Shown here one piece after another: positions 34,076 to 46,625 of a DNA stretch of 64,000 nucleotides. Each line of letters starts with the position of its first letter. The first letter of the stretch is position 1. The notes beneath the pieces are model-generated. The model did no database searches. It saw nothing but the letters and a program-made list of their open reading frames with translations, and was not told the origin of the DNA. Made by a program: the position numbers and the translations under genes. The stretch is from Macrostomum hystrix (taxonomy: Eukaryota; Animalia; Platyhelminthes): NCBI GenBank assembly GCA_950097015.1, contig CATNEN010000005.1:2728001-2792000 (forward strand). Reading direction: 5' to 3'.

Positions 34076-34699
34076 AACTAAAGCGCTAGAGAATCATAAG
34101 AGTCAGAGTGGGTGGGTCCTGAATTTTTTTTCTAACGTGCATTAAAAACAATAGGCGAAATATTTCATTCTAAACATACTAGCAAAAACTAAATCATAGT
34201 TAGCACACTGTAATGTAAAGAAAGGTTTCAAACATGTAAGAAAAATCTTGCCACTTTTTTAACACAAAGAATGAAACGTATAAAGTGCAGATTGCGAAAA
34301 AAAAGACTGACACGCTACTTTCAATAGTGTGCAGCTCACAAAAAACTGTTTTGTTAGAGAGGTATTTATTTTATTACGATTAAACAAATATTATAATTGA
34401 TCGCAACAGAGTGCTTTAAATGCGGAATATTTTGTAAAACGAAAAAATATAGTATTTTATAGCGAGCTTTTTTACTACTATAATATATAATCTAGGGAAG
34501 AGATGGATGACTATCTTAATTAGGTACAGGCCTTTCAAAAAGTCGATTTTGGTACAGATCGTGAATCGAAAGCTAGATTCCTGAATACAAACCGTTCTTG
34601 AGTTCAAATAATACATTCCTAAAAGACCTGAACGAATCAGAATGCACTCTTAGAAAGTAGTGCACCCGTGATGCGTTTAGCATACTAACAACACAAGGT

Positions 34700-37600
34700 T
34701 CAATTAAAAAACTCATGCCCAGATAGTTCCACAGCTACAACAGCGCGAGCAATTGTATCGCTAGACAGATTGGCAACAAAGCCGCACTCGAACAGTCTGG
34801 CGATGCGTGCCCCGAGGCCGCCGCCTTTCTTTCGACTCAATCCGTACTGCCGCCAATCCACGCCGTTGACCTTAGCCAGGGCTAGGCGCAGCGGATTAGA
34901 CCAACTGCCAAGGTCTTCGATTTCAATCCACGAAGCTCTGGGCCTAATTGATCCATCTTCGATGCAGGTCTTTCTAGACCGAAGCGAATAGGCGGAAGCG
35001 CAAGCAAATTTGCAGCCTAGTTGACGCAGTCTTTCAACAACCTTTTCTAGGCTGGCAATGCGAAGTTTGACTGAAGATGGACAATCGACTAGCTCATTGC
35101 TAGAATCTAGTTCCGCAAGTCTAGGAGGTTGATGAAGTTCAGTTAGACAAATGCACCGTCGCTGCGGTCGCGGCTTTTCAACTGGCGCTAAAGGATTATC
35201 TGACGACTCAGTTGAGCAGACTTGTGTAACAATGGACTGGATAATATTAGCAACAATAGAATTAACTGCGTTGGAATTCTCAATTAATTCTCCATCAGCT
35301 CTTACTGGGGAACACACAGCTGGTGAAGCTGACGAATACTCGACGGAAACGAGCAAATTATCTACGACTATTGGCGAACAATCAATTGGCTGGTCTGTTT
35401 CATCAGGTGTGCACTGCGGGGACACATGTGCGTTCTCGGCATTAAACGGCAAGTCGAAGTAACCAGATGATACTAGAGAATGCTCCATCGCACAAGAGTT
35501 AGGATAATTTGTAGCAAGAGAAAAACTATATGCCATATCTAACTGATCGGTAACTGAAAACATATTTTCAATCATTGCAGCAGGTGGTCGTTGAGGTGAT
35601 GTAGGTGAATGCGATTTCTGTGCAGCTTTGGGTAATAAATAGCACGTATCAATCGAGTGATCAGCCGGCAAGGGTATATCAACCGATGTCAGATTCTCAT
35701 CAAAATTTGGCTTCAGATTAGCTGTCGAAAAATAACTACTTTCCGCGGAGAAAATATTGCAATCTTTAGGCGACTGTACATTATTCACTGACGAAAGTTG
35801 AGATACGCTGGACTCAGATTGAACATTCTTCGAATAAGAATGATTAGTTAGAGCAGGCAGGGTTTTCAGTGTAAAGCTTGAATCATCAGCCCGAATAGAT
35901 CCGGCTCTGTTGTCTAGGTTTATCGGCGCCGGAAAATTTTCGGGCGAAACATGCCTTTCTTCAGCCAAAGTTGGTACAACTTTAACCAATACACGAGAAT
36001 ATTTCGTCTTAACTGCTGCATCTTCAAACGATACCTGAGAATATTTCATCGTAACTGCTGCATCTTCAAGCGATACCTGAGAATCTTTCGTCGTAACTGC
36101 AGCATCTTCAAGTGATACCTGAGAATCTTTCGTCTTAACTGCTGCATCTTCAAGCGATACCTGAGGATCTTTCGTCTTAACTGCTGCATCTTCAAACGAT
36201 ACCTGAGAATATTTCATCGTAACTGCTGCATCTTCAAGCGATACCTGAGAATCTTTCGTCTTAACTGCTGCATCTTCAAACGATACACGAGAATCTTTCG
36301 TCTTAACTGCTGCATCTTCAAGCGATACCTGAGAATCTTTCGTCTTAACTGCTGCATCTTCAAGCGATACCTGAGAATCTTTCGTCTTAACTGCTGCATC
36401 TTCAAGCGATACCTGAGAATCTTTCGTCTTAACTGCTGCATCTTCAAACGATACCTGAGAATCTTTCGTCGTAACTGCAGCATCTTCAAGCGATACACAA
36501 GAATCTTTCGTCGTAACTGCTGCACCTTTAACTGACGCATGAGAGTATTTTGATAAACCTTCAGTCGATGCACAAAAATTTTTTGTTGACTCAGTAAAAT
36601 GTCTAGTCCTGACAGATTTAGGTGTGCGAGAAGAATCTTCACTGACAAAAGGCGAGTCTTCTTGGGCGTTACCAGTCTCACTGGAACCATGTCTGAATTT
36701 TATTAATTCGGCGCGCAACTTCTTCACCTGCTGGCTAAGTCGGTCAATTAGTGATTCGCGTTTCTCCAACTCATGCTTTGCCTCCTGCAAACATACGATT
36801 GGAAATCAGTTATTGCTATAAAATAGAAGTTTAAGTATCAAATAGTTAAGTTTTTAAAACAGACTAACACAGACCTGAAGTACACTTGAAAAACGCTTCC
36901 TTTGCGCCATTTCGGCAGCTAGTCGAGCTGCTTCGGTCTCGGAGCTAGAGGCGAGTCTAAAAATGTCAAATCAGGTTCAATTCAGTTTTTTAAATCGAGT
37001 ATACCAGGGGTCGGCAAACTCCGGCCCGCAGGCCAGATGCGGCCCTCGAAGCTCCCAAATCCGGCCCGTTGCACCTTCTGACATCTACAGTATCCTGTTT
37101 CATCTCACTCGTGTCTAATCTCTCCCGTGTCTCATCTCTCCCGTGTCTCATCTCTCCCGTGTCTCATCTCTCCCGTGTCTCATCTCCCCAGTGTCTCATC
37201 TCTCCCGTGTCTCATCTCTCCCGTGTCTCATCTCTCCCGTGTCTAATCTCTCCTGTTTCTCATCTCTCCCGTGTCTAATCTCTCCTGTTTCTCATCTCTC
37301 CCGTGTCTAATCTCTCCTGTTTCTCATCTCTCCCGTGTCTAATCTCTCCTGTTTTTCATCTCTCCCGTGTCTAATCTCTCCCCTGTCTTATCTCTCCCGT
37401 GTCTCATCTCTCTCGTGTATCATCTTTCTGTGTCTCATCTCTCCCGTGTTTAATCTCTCCCGTGTCTCATCTCTCCCGTGTCTCATCTCTCCCCTATCTC
37501 ATATTTATACAGTCAATGCGGCCCGCTGTCGTCTTTTAGGTTCTCTCTTTGGCCCGCCAGCAAATAAGTTTGCCTACCCCTGGAGTATACAGTTACGAAT

Positions 37601-38037
37601 TTTTAAACTTTGAGAATCAAGACAATTACCAACCTCTCTTCTAGCATTTTCAGGCGAGACTTCATAGCTTCGGCTTCAGTAGCGCCAGTTTTAATTTCGG
37701 CCTGAGCATCAGCCAGTTTCTCCTGCGCCGTGACAGCCTCGGCGTAGGCGGCCTGAGCCAGCAGCTCATGTCTAGCCAGTTTAGAACGCAAACGTTCAAT
37801 CTCGCCCAGGTAATAGCTGGTTCTGCGCGGATTATTACCATCGTTATTGCTTTCAACAAAAATTGCGGCCTCTTTAGCAGCCGGTGGTTTAATTGTGCTT
37901 CTCGATACGGCTGAAGAGGCCGACGATCCAGCTGGTTGATGCTGATGCTGCAGGGCGGCCAAATGGCGCCTAGCTTTCCTATGCGTCTGTTGATGACTCT
38001 GAAAAAACGATATTTGTGCGCAATATGCGCTACTCAT
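34700..38037 (-). CDS. Coiled-coil protein A (paralog of B) with a long low-complexity terminal exon; start uncertain
   Basis: Exons ~38037-37634, 36956-36875 and 36784-34700, GT-AG with matching phases. The junction peptide KRFSSVLQ|EAKHELEKRESLIDRLSQQVKKLR matches gene B. Confidence 0.75.
35990..36530 (-). repeat. Coding 42-bp tandem repeat (14 aa DAAVKTKDSQVSLE, ~12-13 copies)
   Basis: In-frame within the 34700-36784 exon. Confidence 0.93.
37005..37582. mobile_element. hAT MITE (578 bp) carrying an internal 16-bp minisatellite
   Basis: TIR CAGGGGTCGGCAAACT / AGTTTGCCTACCCCTG; subterminal GGCCCG motifs; exact 8-bp TSD GAGTATAC; internal (TCCCGTGTCTCATCTC)n at ~37085-37500. Confidence 0.93.
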
Positions 38038-38635
38038 TGGCCGAGCTACAGTAGTACAATCATACGTTATACTTAAATTTATATTTAATGCAGGCACCTA
38101 TTGTAGAGCTAATCTGAAATGTCTTTAACTTGCTTAGGCTTATAATTTCGCTATTTCAGCAAGAGAAATAACGAACTTGTTCAAGCTACACCCAAACATT
38201 TGAACAGTTAAGGAAAAATAAACAGCAGCGCCGCGTAAACAGTGTGTATATTATAAAAAGAACTTAAAACTGTTAACCGACTTTAATTAAATTAGCATGC
38301 GAATTCAAATTGAGCAAAAAACTGATTTTGTCATTCTAATTATTTTAAACAGTAACAAAATTGCATAAAAAAGCACGGAACAATAAAGATACTGAATTAA
38401 GAAAGCTGAAAGTATGGCAGCAAAAACTGTTTGGCATTCAAAACAGCCAATTAAACTGTGGATAGGGGAAAAAAGAGAGGTCTAAACAATATTTAAATGC
38501 TTAATTTTAAACCGCATTGACCGATGTGATGGATTGATAATTTAAAACAAGCATTGGATAGAAGAGCAAGCAAATATCCAAATGATTTTCTACATTTTTA
38601 TCTAAATATTGATGTATTTGATTAAGGTATCTTAA

Positions 38636-39220
38636 CAGTAGAACTACCAAGGGGGATTTTTTGCTGCACCCGAACGGAACAATGCAAGCAAACGAAACTC
38701 AAGAACACGGGCCAACTTTTTGTTGCGCATCTTCTGAAACAAGAAACAAGTCGCCAGCTCTTCAGACCGTCGAGATATTCAATGTTTCTGGCCGAAGGTC
38801 CGATTTTTCCCATAAGAGCTAGTGTATTTCATACACCCCTATACACGAATTTGCACTGCGCCTCAGTGCGGCCTTTCCAGACCTTCAAACTTTATCAGCA
38901 TGTCACCCGAATGTGCTTGCATCATCTCCGACTTCGGCAGTCACCGACCTTTATCTAGATCTATCTCTCTTATCTATCTAGACCTTCAAGAGCTACAACA
39001 GGTGGAACTAGGACACTATGGACACCCTGACGCGAATTTCTCCAATTTCACCGTTCAAGCCTAACTATTAGGCGCAGCTCAACCACAGGACACCCTCGAC
39101 TAGTCTGCCAACCAATCAGTCACCCCCAAAGCATTCAGGCGCTGGCAAAAACATTTTCAGGGGGGGGGAATCCCCCCTTGGTATAAAAACGGGCGGAAAA
39201 ATGGCTTGGTAGTCCTACTG
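38636..39220. mobile_element. TTAA-flanked non-autonomous DNA transposon (piggyBac-like target), 585 bp
   Basis: TTAA|CAGTAGAACTACCAAG ... CTTGGTAGTCCTACTG|TTAA; subterminal CCAAGGGGGATT / AATCCCCCCTTGG; second copy at 47.06-47.57 kb. Confidence 0.82.
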
Positions 39221-39813
39221 TTAAGAAACGCATTCTTAAATGGAATTCTTAGCTGGCACACTCAAGACCATAGACTATGAAGAACCCCTTGAAGAAAATG
39301 AAGTTCAGATTATATTTAGATTTTATTTTGAAAGATACTACTAAAAGCATTTAGCTTGCTCTAATCTGATTGACGTTAGATTAAAGAAAATGATCCAATA
39401 AACAATAGCAAGAAAATAACACTGAATACTATTTTATTGCCCATTAAATAGTAAATAATAATTTAATACAATATTACGTTTCGAGATTGTAGTAAAACAC
39501 TGAAAACAAAGATATACTTGACACATGAATTTGGCTATTATATTACTTATTTTAAATTTTAAAAAGCCTAAGAAAACGTTAAAGAGTTTAGCATTCGAGC
39601 ATTAAAAAAAACTTGGATAAAAAGCGAGTTACCAAATTAAGTAAAAAAGCAGTGTTTCGTTGAGAACAAAAAAGAAAGCCATGAAAATATTTATAGCAAC
39701 AAATGCATGCTACAAGCATTATAATGAATACATACGCTTTTAACGCAACAACAAATTGTTACGTTGCCATAGCAACAGATCGAGCACCTTTATTACACGA
39801 CGCTATTAGCTGT

Positions 39814-42800
39814 TCAGCTGTTAAACGCTTTGCCAACAATAGTGCCAAGCGAATCAATTCCAATAGCAAGACTAGTATCCTTAGCCGGGTAATCCTTAGC
39901 CTGTAATACTCGTCCAAGTAATACGCAGTCGATAATCCACACAGGCGACACTGATAAGGCATTAGACCTACTGCAGCCGATACAGATAGGCGCCGATCGA
40001 TAACTATCGGAAATTCTACCGCCAGCCGATTCGATCAAATTTATTAATTGTTGTTGAGCCTTCTTAGAGTCCGAATTGGCGATACCAGATGAGAAACACT
40101 GCGGAGCTACGTACATTTCGGCTAGTTGAATAAACAGCTCAGATCGCAAATCAATGCCTGCCTTCTCATTGTCGTCAATGTAGTCCTTGTTAGCTAGGCG
40201 CGATACCAGATCTCGAGTCTGTTTAGCTAAACTGTACGGCTTCATTGGTAACCAAGAGCGCCGACTAAGACTGTCAGTTAGCCAATCGATGCTAATTATT
40301 GGCACTCCCAAAGCCATGCCAGTTAGTAGGGCCAGGGTGCGTCGAGGAGGATTCGGCGTAACTAATACGGCAGTTTGAGCACTCACAGTCTCAGCCTGTT
40401 ATAAGAACAAAGGTTTAGAAATTAATTGAGTACTACTTGAAATATAGAGATTAAAATCTTGATAGAGATGAGAGTCAGAACTAGAGATCTAGATAAAGAT
40501 GAGAGTCAGAACTAGAGTTCTAGATAAGAGATGAGAGTCAGAACTAGAGTTCTAGATAAGAGATAAGAGTCAGAACTAGAGATCTAGATAGAGATGAGAG
40601 TCAGAACTGGAGATCTAGATAATAGATGAGAGTCAGAACTAGAGATCTAGATAGAGATGAGAGTCAGAACTAGAGTTCTAGATAGAGATGAGAGTCAGAA
40701 CTAGAGATCTAGATAGAGATGAGAGTTACAAATAGAGAGTGGCAAAATGAAATTATAATAAGTGAATTCAAAGCACATTCCACTTAGCAACCAACCGTTA
40801 ACAATCGATAGGTCTCAGGCATTCGACTCAGCGTTTTTTTAACATCGCGCTTCTGTTCGCCGCTGAGACCGGTAATTGACATTAGCGGCAGTTGAAAATC
40901 GTCTAAAGAGCGACGAGACGACGAAGCAGTGGAACTGCCACCTTGGCTGTTAGGAGCAGTCTTACTGTTAATCTTTTCCTGGCTTACAATCTTCTTATTA
41001 CCGAGTTTATTATTTTTAGTGGGCTGGATGTTATTAGACACTGGTGAGTCGGCATGAGAAGCGTTGCGCTGAGAACGCCGCCGCTTTAGAGGTCGTCTAA
41101 TGTTAGACGCAGCATCTACTGAAGCCTCGGTGGTAGAAGCTTTGTTACTACTAACTTCTTTAGTAGTAGCAGAGAAAGCGGTGCGGCTAAATTCAGTCGA
41201 ACTGCTAGCCGAGTTAGAGGCGACACTAGTCGAAGGAAACAATGGACTATCGACTACTGACGGCCCGGAGGCGATCCTTAGTGCCGATTGGCGTCTAGGA
41301 CGACTGTTGGAACCGTTGAAACCATTAGCTGATGATGCTGCTGTTTCGGCTACTGAATTCTCGGACTCTTTCTGCTTTGAAGCAACATTGGTCTTACTTT
41401 TACTATGGCGTGGGTTATTTTTACTCGCACTGGACGCTTTCTTGCTGTCTTCAGTTTCGCAAGCGTCCAATATACCCAAGCCTGAACTTGAGCTGTTAGT
41501 GGAAGTCTGCGACGATGCAGCGGAAGACTCTTCGGCAATGTCCAATAGTGTGGCAGGCTCCGATATCTTGGAGCTTCTTCTACTACTGCTCCTAGAAGCA
41601 ACTGGAGCAGCAGCAGATGCTTTAGTATCGCTTGTAGCTTCAATGGCGTTGTCAAGCAATGCTTGAGTCTCATTGTCCAGATTTGACTGTCGGCGAATGT
41701 CCCAAAGGGCGACGCGGGGCGAAGATCCCTGACGATTATAATCCTGCGGTGACGACGGGCTCAAAGAAGAAGCTGCGGATGACGAACACGACGGCGGAGC
41801 AACGGGCGTAGAAGTTGGAGCCGGCGCTATCACAGTCGGACTTGCTGGCACCGGGGCTGCAAGAGAAGCATTAGTGGCAGAGATTGCTTCAACTAGAGGA
41901 CACTTCAAAGGAGCCGACGATCGATTAGCAATAGACTCCAAGCTGGCAATATCGACATTAGACGCAAAGGTAATGCGCCTACTATGCTGTTTGGCCTTGT
42001 TACTAGCCAATTGCAATATGGACTTGCGAGTAGACGAAGCGGTAGACAGTTGTGAACTAGAAGGTGTGGGTGTCACTAGCTGTGAACAGACCTGCTCCTC
42101 TGTTGGCAGTTGCTCCAGCTGTTTCTGCTGCTGCGGCTTTGCACATGGTGTTTCAAAGCGACCATTGGCTTTTAAAATGGCTACTAAACCAGTTTGAAGA
42201 TCGCTTATTGCTGGCCCCTTTAAGCAGGGCAGTTGGCGAGCGATCGCAGTGCTAGATCGCGGCTGACCAAAACGAGCTCGTACGGTAATGTTGGAAGTTG
42301 GTTTGGCTTTGATTCGATCTTCTGTTGCACCGCGCCCGTCGCCGCCGCGACCAGGCAAGCTGGCAATAATCTGGCCAGGTGAAGGAGCCACACAATGCTT
42401 AGCGGCTTGATTATCGGAGTCTTGAGCTAGCATCTGTAGTACAGGCTTGGGAAATGACCGATAACAAGCGATCAGATCCGCAGGCGCCGGAGAATTGGAC
42501 TGTTCTATTAGCTCATCATCGTCGTCATCATCGCCCGGATTGTACAATCGTCTAAACTTTCTAGCTTTGCCATCTTTATTTTTATTACTATTGTTGCCCT
42601 TGCCATTAGGCAGATTCTCTAATAATAATGAATCGACAGACGATGTTGGGGTTTCCGACAGATCGACACCTTCAAATGGACGACGCAAAGGCTGCGACAG
42701 AGGCAACGGCGGCGGCGGAAGAGGCGGATTGAATTTTGATGAAACAGCGCTTACAGCGACAGCAGACTGGTCTAATTGATTATTTTGATGTTGAAGCATC

Positions 42801-44173
42801 ATCAGGCTGCGCTGCCGCCTATTGTAGCGTCGCTCTTCAGCAGAATTACAAATACCAATAGCAGTAGGCGGGCCTTCAAAAGACGATCGAGTCGATGAGC
42901 GCCGTTTGGGTCTGCCTGGCAGAGTTGGCGTCTCTGCGCTTGTCAATAATAAACGGCTTTTAATAGCGCAACCACTGCCGCGTCGACTAACTGTTGGAGT
43001 GGCGTCAATGGACGCCTGAGAGCTAGACAACGAATCGGAGAATGAAGCGCACATGTCATCTGTTTCGGCGTTGTATAGGCGACGCTTTCCTGGCACAGAT
43101 TTGCGCGTCACTGGGCCAGCGGGCGCTAGAGCTGATACCGGAACTGGTGCCGGAACAGGTGCTGGTGTAGGCGTTAAAGCACACACAGGAGAGAGCTCCA
43201 CAAGTGTTTTCTGAAGTTCTGGCGCATTCGCAGACTGTTGCTGCTGCTGCTGGGCTGCAGCAGAGCTGGTTTCGCTAGTGTCAATGACAGTAGCAACAGC
43301 TGGCGTGTCGGAAGCTAATACTAGCGTCTTTTTAGGCGCCGATTCATTGTCACTGTCAACTGTGGAAGAATCACTAAGGCTGCCATTAAATCGAATGCCA
43401 GCCCTACGCTGCTGCTCTAAGCGTTCTTGAAATTCTTTCATTGACGGTGGCGTTGTTGGCACGCGTATTTTCACAGACAGGTAGTAATTGTCGTTGAAAT
43501 TTTGATACTCTTCAGCCGATTTCTGGCAAGCCGCTGTTAAAGAATCGACTAAGGCGGTTTTCATTCGCTTGCGCCGCAACCTGTCGGCACTAGATTTCAA
43601 CTGCTTCTCGTGATCTAAGCCAGGCTGCATAAACCTGCGCCTCTGAGCCTTCCGTAACTGGTTCAACAATGGCGAGGAAGTGCCTCCAGCGGCGTTGCCA
43701 TCGTCGGCGGACCAGGCGCCGGCTGGTAGCTGGTAGGGCTCGTGACTAATTAAACGCTTAGCCTTAATGCAAGCCAATGGCCAACTAACTGTTACCATGG
43801 GAACGCCGTGTTTAACCGCCCAGTCGTGCGTTTTCTTACGGCCGGCCCGGTAAAGAATATGGGTAACGCTTAGATTAACGCGATCGCTAATGCTGGCGCC
43901 AAGGCGGGCCATTTCTGCGGCGATGCCTTCGCTGCGGTCTTCAATGCCCTGACGAATTTCTACATAGAAGCGAACGCCAACTAGCAGCTTGCTGAGATCG
44001 AAGGGCTGCGCCGCCTCTTTCGTTTTGGCTTCGGCTGCTTCAGTCGCAGCTTCGTCAGTTGAGATTGAAGAACTCTCGGATGAGTCCGAATCAATTTCGA
44101 CTGGCTCACTGGCAGTGGCGCCAATGTTTGCCGTGCCATTGGCGATGGCTCGAGAGGTGGTCGCAATGTCTGC
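39814..44173 (-). CDS. MCPH1: Microcephalin (MCPH1)-like three-BRCT protein, ~1300 aa; first exon not located
   Basis: Exons 44173-40796 and 40395-39814. N-terminal BRCT (FYVEIR...LGASIS...VTHILY...VTVSWPLAC), tandem C-terminal BRCTs (RRTLALLTGMALGVPIISIDWL; LIESAGG...SPVWIIDCV) and a long Ser-rich linker. Confidence 0.85.
40460..40735. repeat. 31-bp intronic minisatellite (~9 copies)
   Basis: Unit GATAGAGATGAGAGTCAGAACTAGAGATCTA in the MCPH1 last intron. Confidence 0.93.
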
Positions 44174-44200
44174 CTGAAAATAAAATGTCGAAATGTTGCC

Positions 44201-45556
44201 ATGATCTCCTTAACAGTCTACCCAATGATCTCCTTAACAGTCTACCCAATGATCTCCTTAACAGTCTACCCAATGATCTGCTTAACAGTCTACCCAATGA
44301 TCTCCTTAACAGTCTACCCAATGATCTGCTTAACAGTCTACCCAATGATCTCCTTAACAGTCTACCCAATGATCTCCTTAACAGTCTACCCAATGATCTG
44401 CTTAACAGTCTACCCAATGATCTGCTTAACAGTCTACCCAATGATCTGCTTAACAGTCTACCCAATGATCTGCTTAACAGTCTACCCAATGATCTCCTTA
44501 AAAGTCTACCCAATGATCTCCTTAACAGTCTACCCAATGATCTGCTTAACAGTCTACCCAATGATCTGCTTAACAGTCTACCCAATGATCTGCTTAACAG
44601 TCTACCCAATGATCTCCTTAAAAGTCTACCCAATGATCTCCTTAACAGTCTACCCAATGATCTGCTTAACAGTCTACCCAATGATCTCCTTAACAGTCTA
44701 CCCAATGATCTGCTTAACAGTCTATCCAATGATCTCCTTAACAGTCTACCCAATGATCTCCTTAAAAGTCTACCCAATGATCTCCTTAACAGTCTACCCA
44801 ATGATCTGCTTAACAGTCTACCCAATGATCTTCTTTACAGTCTACCCAATGATCTGCTTAACAGTCTATCCAATGATCTGCTTAACAGTCTATCCAATGA
44901 TCTGTTTAACAGTCTACCCAATGATCTGCTTAACAGTCTACCCAATGATCTCCTTAACAGTCTATCCAATGATCTGCTTAACAGTCTACCCAATGATCTG
45001 CTTAACAGTCTACCCAATGATCTCCTTAACAGTCTACCCAATGATCTCCTTAACAGTCTACCCAATGATCTGCTTAACAGTCTACCCAATGATCTCCTTA
45101 ACAGTCTACCCAATGATCTGCTTAACAGTCTACCCAATGATCTGCTTAACAGTCTACCCAATGATCTGCTTAACAGTCTACCCAATGATCTGCTTAACAG
45201 TCTACCCAATGATCTCCTTAAAAGTCTACCCAATGATCTCCTTAAAAGTCTACCCAATGATCTCCTTAACAGTCTACCCAATGATCTCCTTAACAGTCTA
45301 CCCAATGATCTCCTTAACAGTCTACCCAATGATCTCCTTAACAGTCTACCCAATGATCTCCTTAACAGTCTACCCAATGATCTCCTTAACAGTCTACCCA
45401 ATGATCTGCTTAACAGTCTACCCAATGATCTCCTTAACAGTCTACCCAATGATCTCCTTAACAGTCTACCCACTGATCTGCTTAACAGTCTACCCAATGA
45501 TCTCCTTAACAGTCTACCCAATGATCTCCTTAACAGTCTACCCAAGAATCTCCATA
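44201..45556. repeat. 24-bp minisatellite (~56 copies) just upstream of the MCPH1 acceptor at 44174
   Basis: Unit ATGATCT(CC/GC)TTAACAGTCTACCCA. Confidence 0.98.
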
Positions 45557-46625
45557 ACTACAAATATCAACGGATGTTTAAACTGCAAAAATATTTCTAC
45601 CTAAAATTTTTACAAATCTACTTAAAATTAGAAGCAATAAACAGAAACGTTTTTCGTAATTTTTTGCGATCAAAGCCTAAATTTAGCTGATTAGAAGCGA
45701 CAAGATTTTTTGTCAAAAGCCCCTAAGAAAACAAAAAATAAAGAATAAGAATAACAATGAAGACCAGGACACAGATGGGAGGTTAGGGAGGAAAAGGATT
45801 AGATAAGATAGTATTCAACGTTAATATTAGAAATATAATATAAGTTAGCTTCACGGGTGAAATACGCATAGATTACCGGTCCGTTTACATAGTGCATCAG
45901 TGTGTATCATATTTATAAGTGTGCCAATAGAATGTTAACAACAATCGGGTCTATTATTTAATACGGACTTTTCCATTTTACACACAAGCATTACAAAGTC
46001 CAAATAATACACGCGCAAAAAAACTGAATAGCTTTTGTTGACATTTGTTTACGATGCAATTTTTTTCCTATTTAAATTTCAGTAGGTAGGGTCCTTAGTA
46101 ACAATAGCAGCAAACAGCAGTAGCGGCCTGTCTAAAGTAGGAAGAAAACTTTTAAATGTAAGCATTCACTTGTTTATTTCTAGAGATTTATTACTATTAA
46201 AGATATTTTTCTGCACATATTACATGGTATAAATAACCGGACTATTCACTACAGCATGTATGATCTATAAAGCATGCTCAAGTTTTAACAAGGCGATGTG
46301 CCTAATTGAACTCGCTAGTTAAACTGACGCGAAAAAAACTACTTAACTCTTTTTTATTCAGTAGTAAAGCTCTTTTCTAAAAGTTATTTAACAATTATGA
46401 AAAAACGGTACAATTCTCCCACTACGTTAGTTGCTGTAGCAACACGAAACCAAACAATGGAGTACTACTATAAACAAAAAAAATTATCATGTCACTTAGG
46501 ACAGACTTCTGAATAAATTTCAGCGTAACAATATTAGTAAGGTTTTTTCAAGATAATAATAGATCATTAGTTTAGTCATTAATAATTAATAATTCAGACG
46601 CTAGCAGAATTCTGTATTCAAGTAT

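Noticed and set aside
44059-45690. 543-aa LRR-like DLLNSLPN ORF and the overlapping 467- and 239-aa ORFs
   Set aside because: A 24-bp repeat open in several frames, lying antisense or intronic to MCPH1; no synonymous-site pattern indicating coding.
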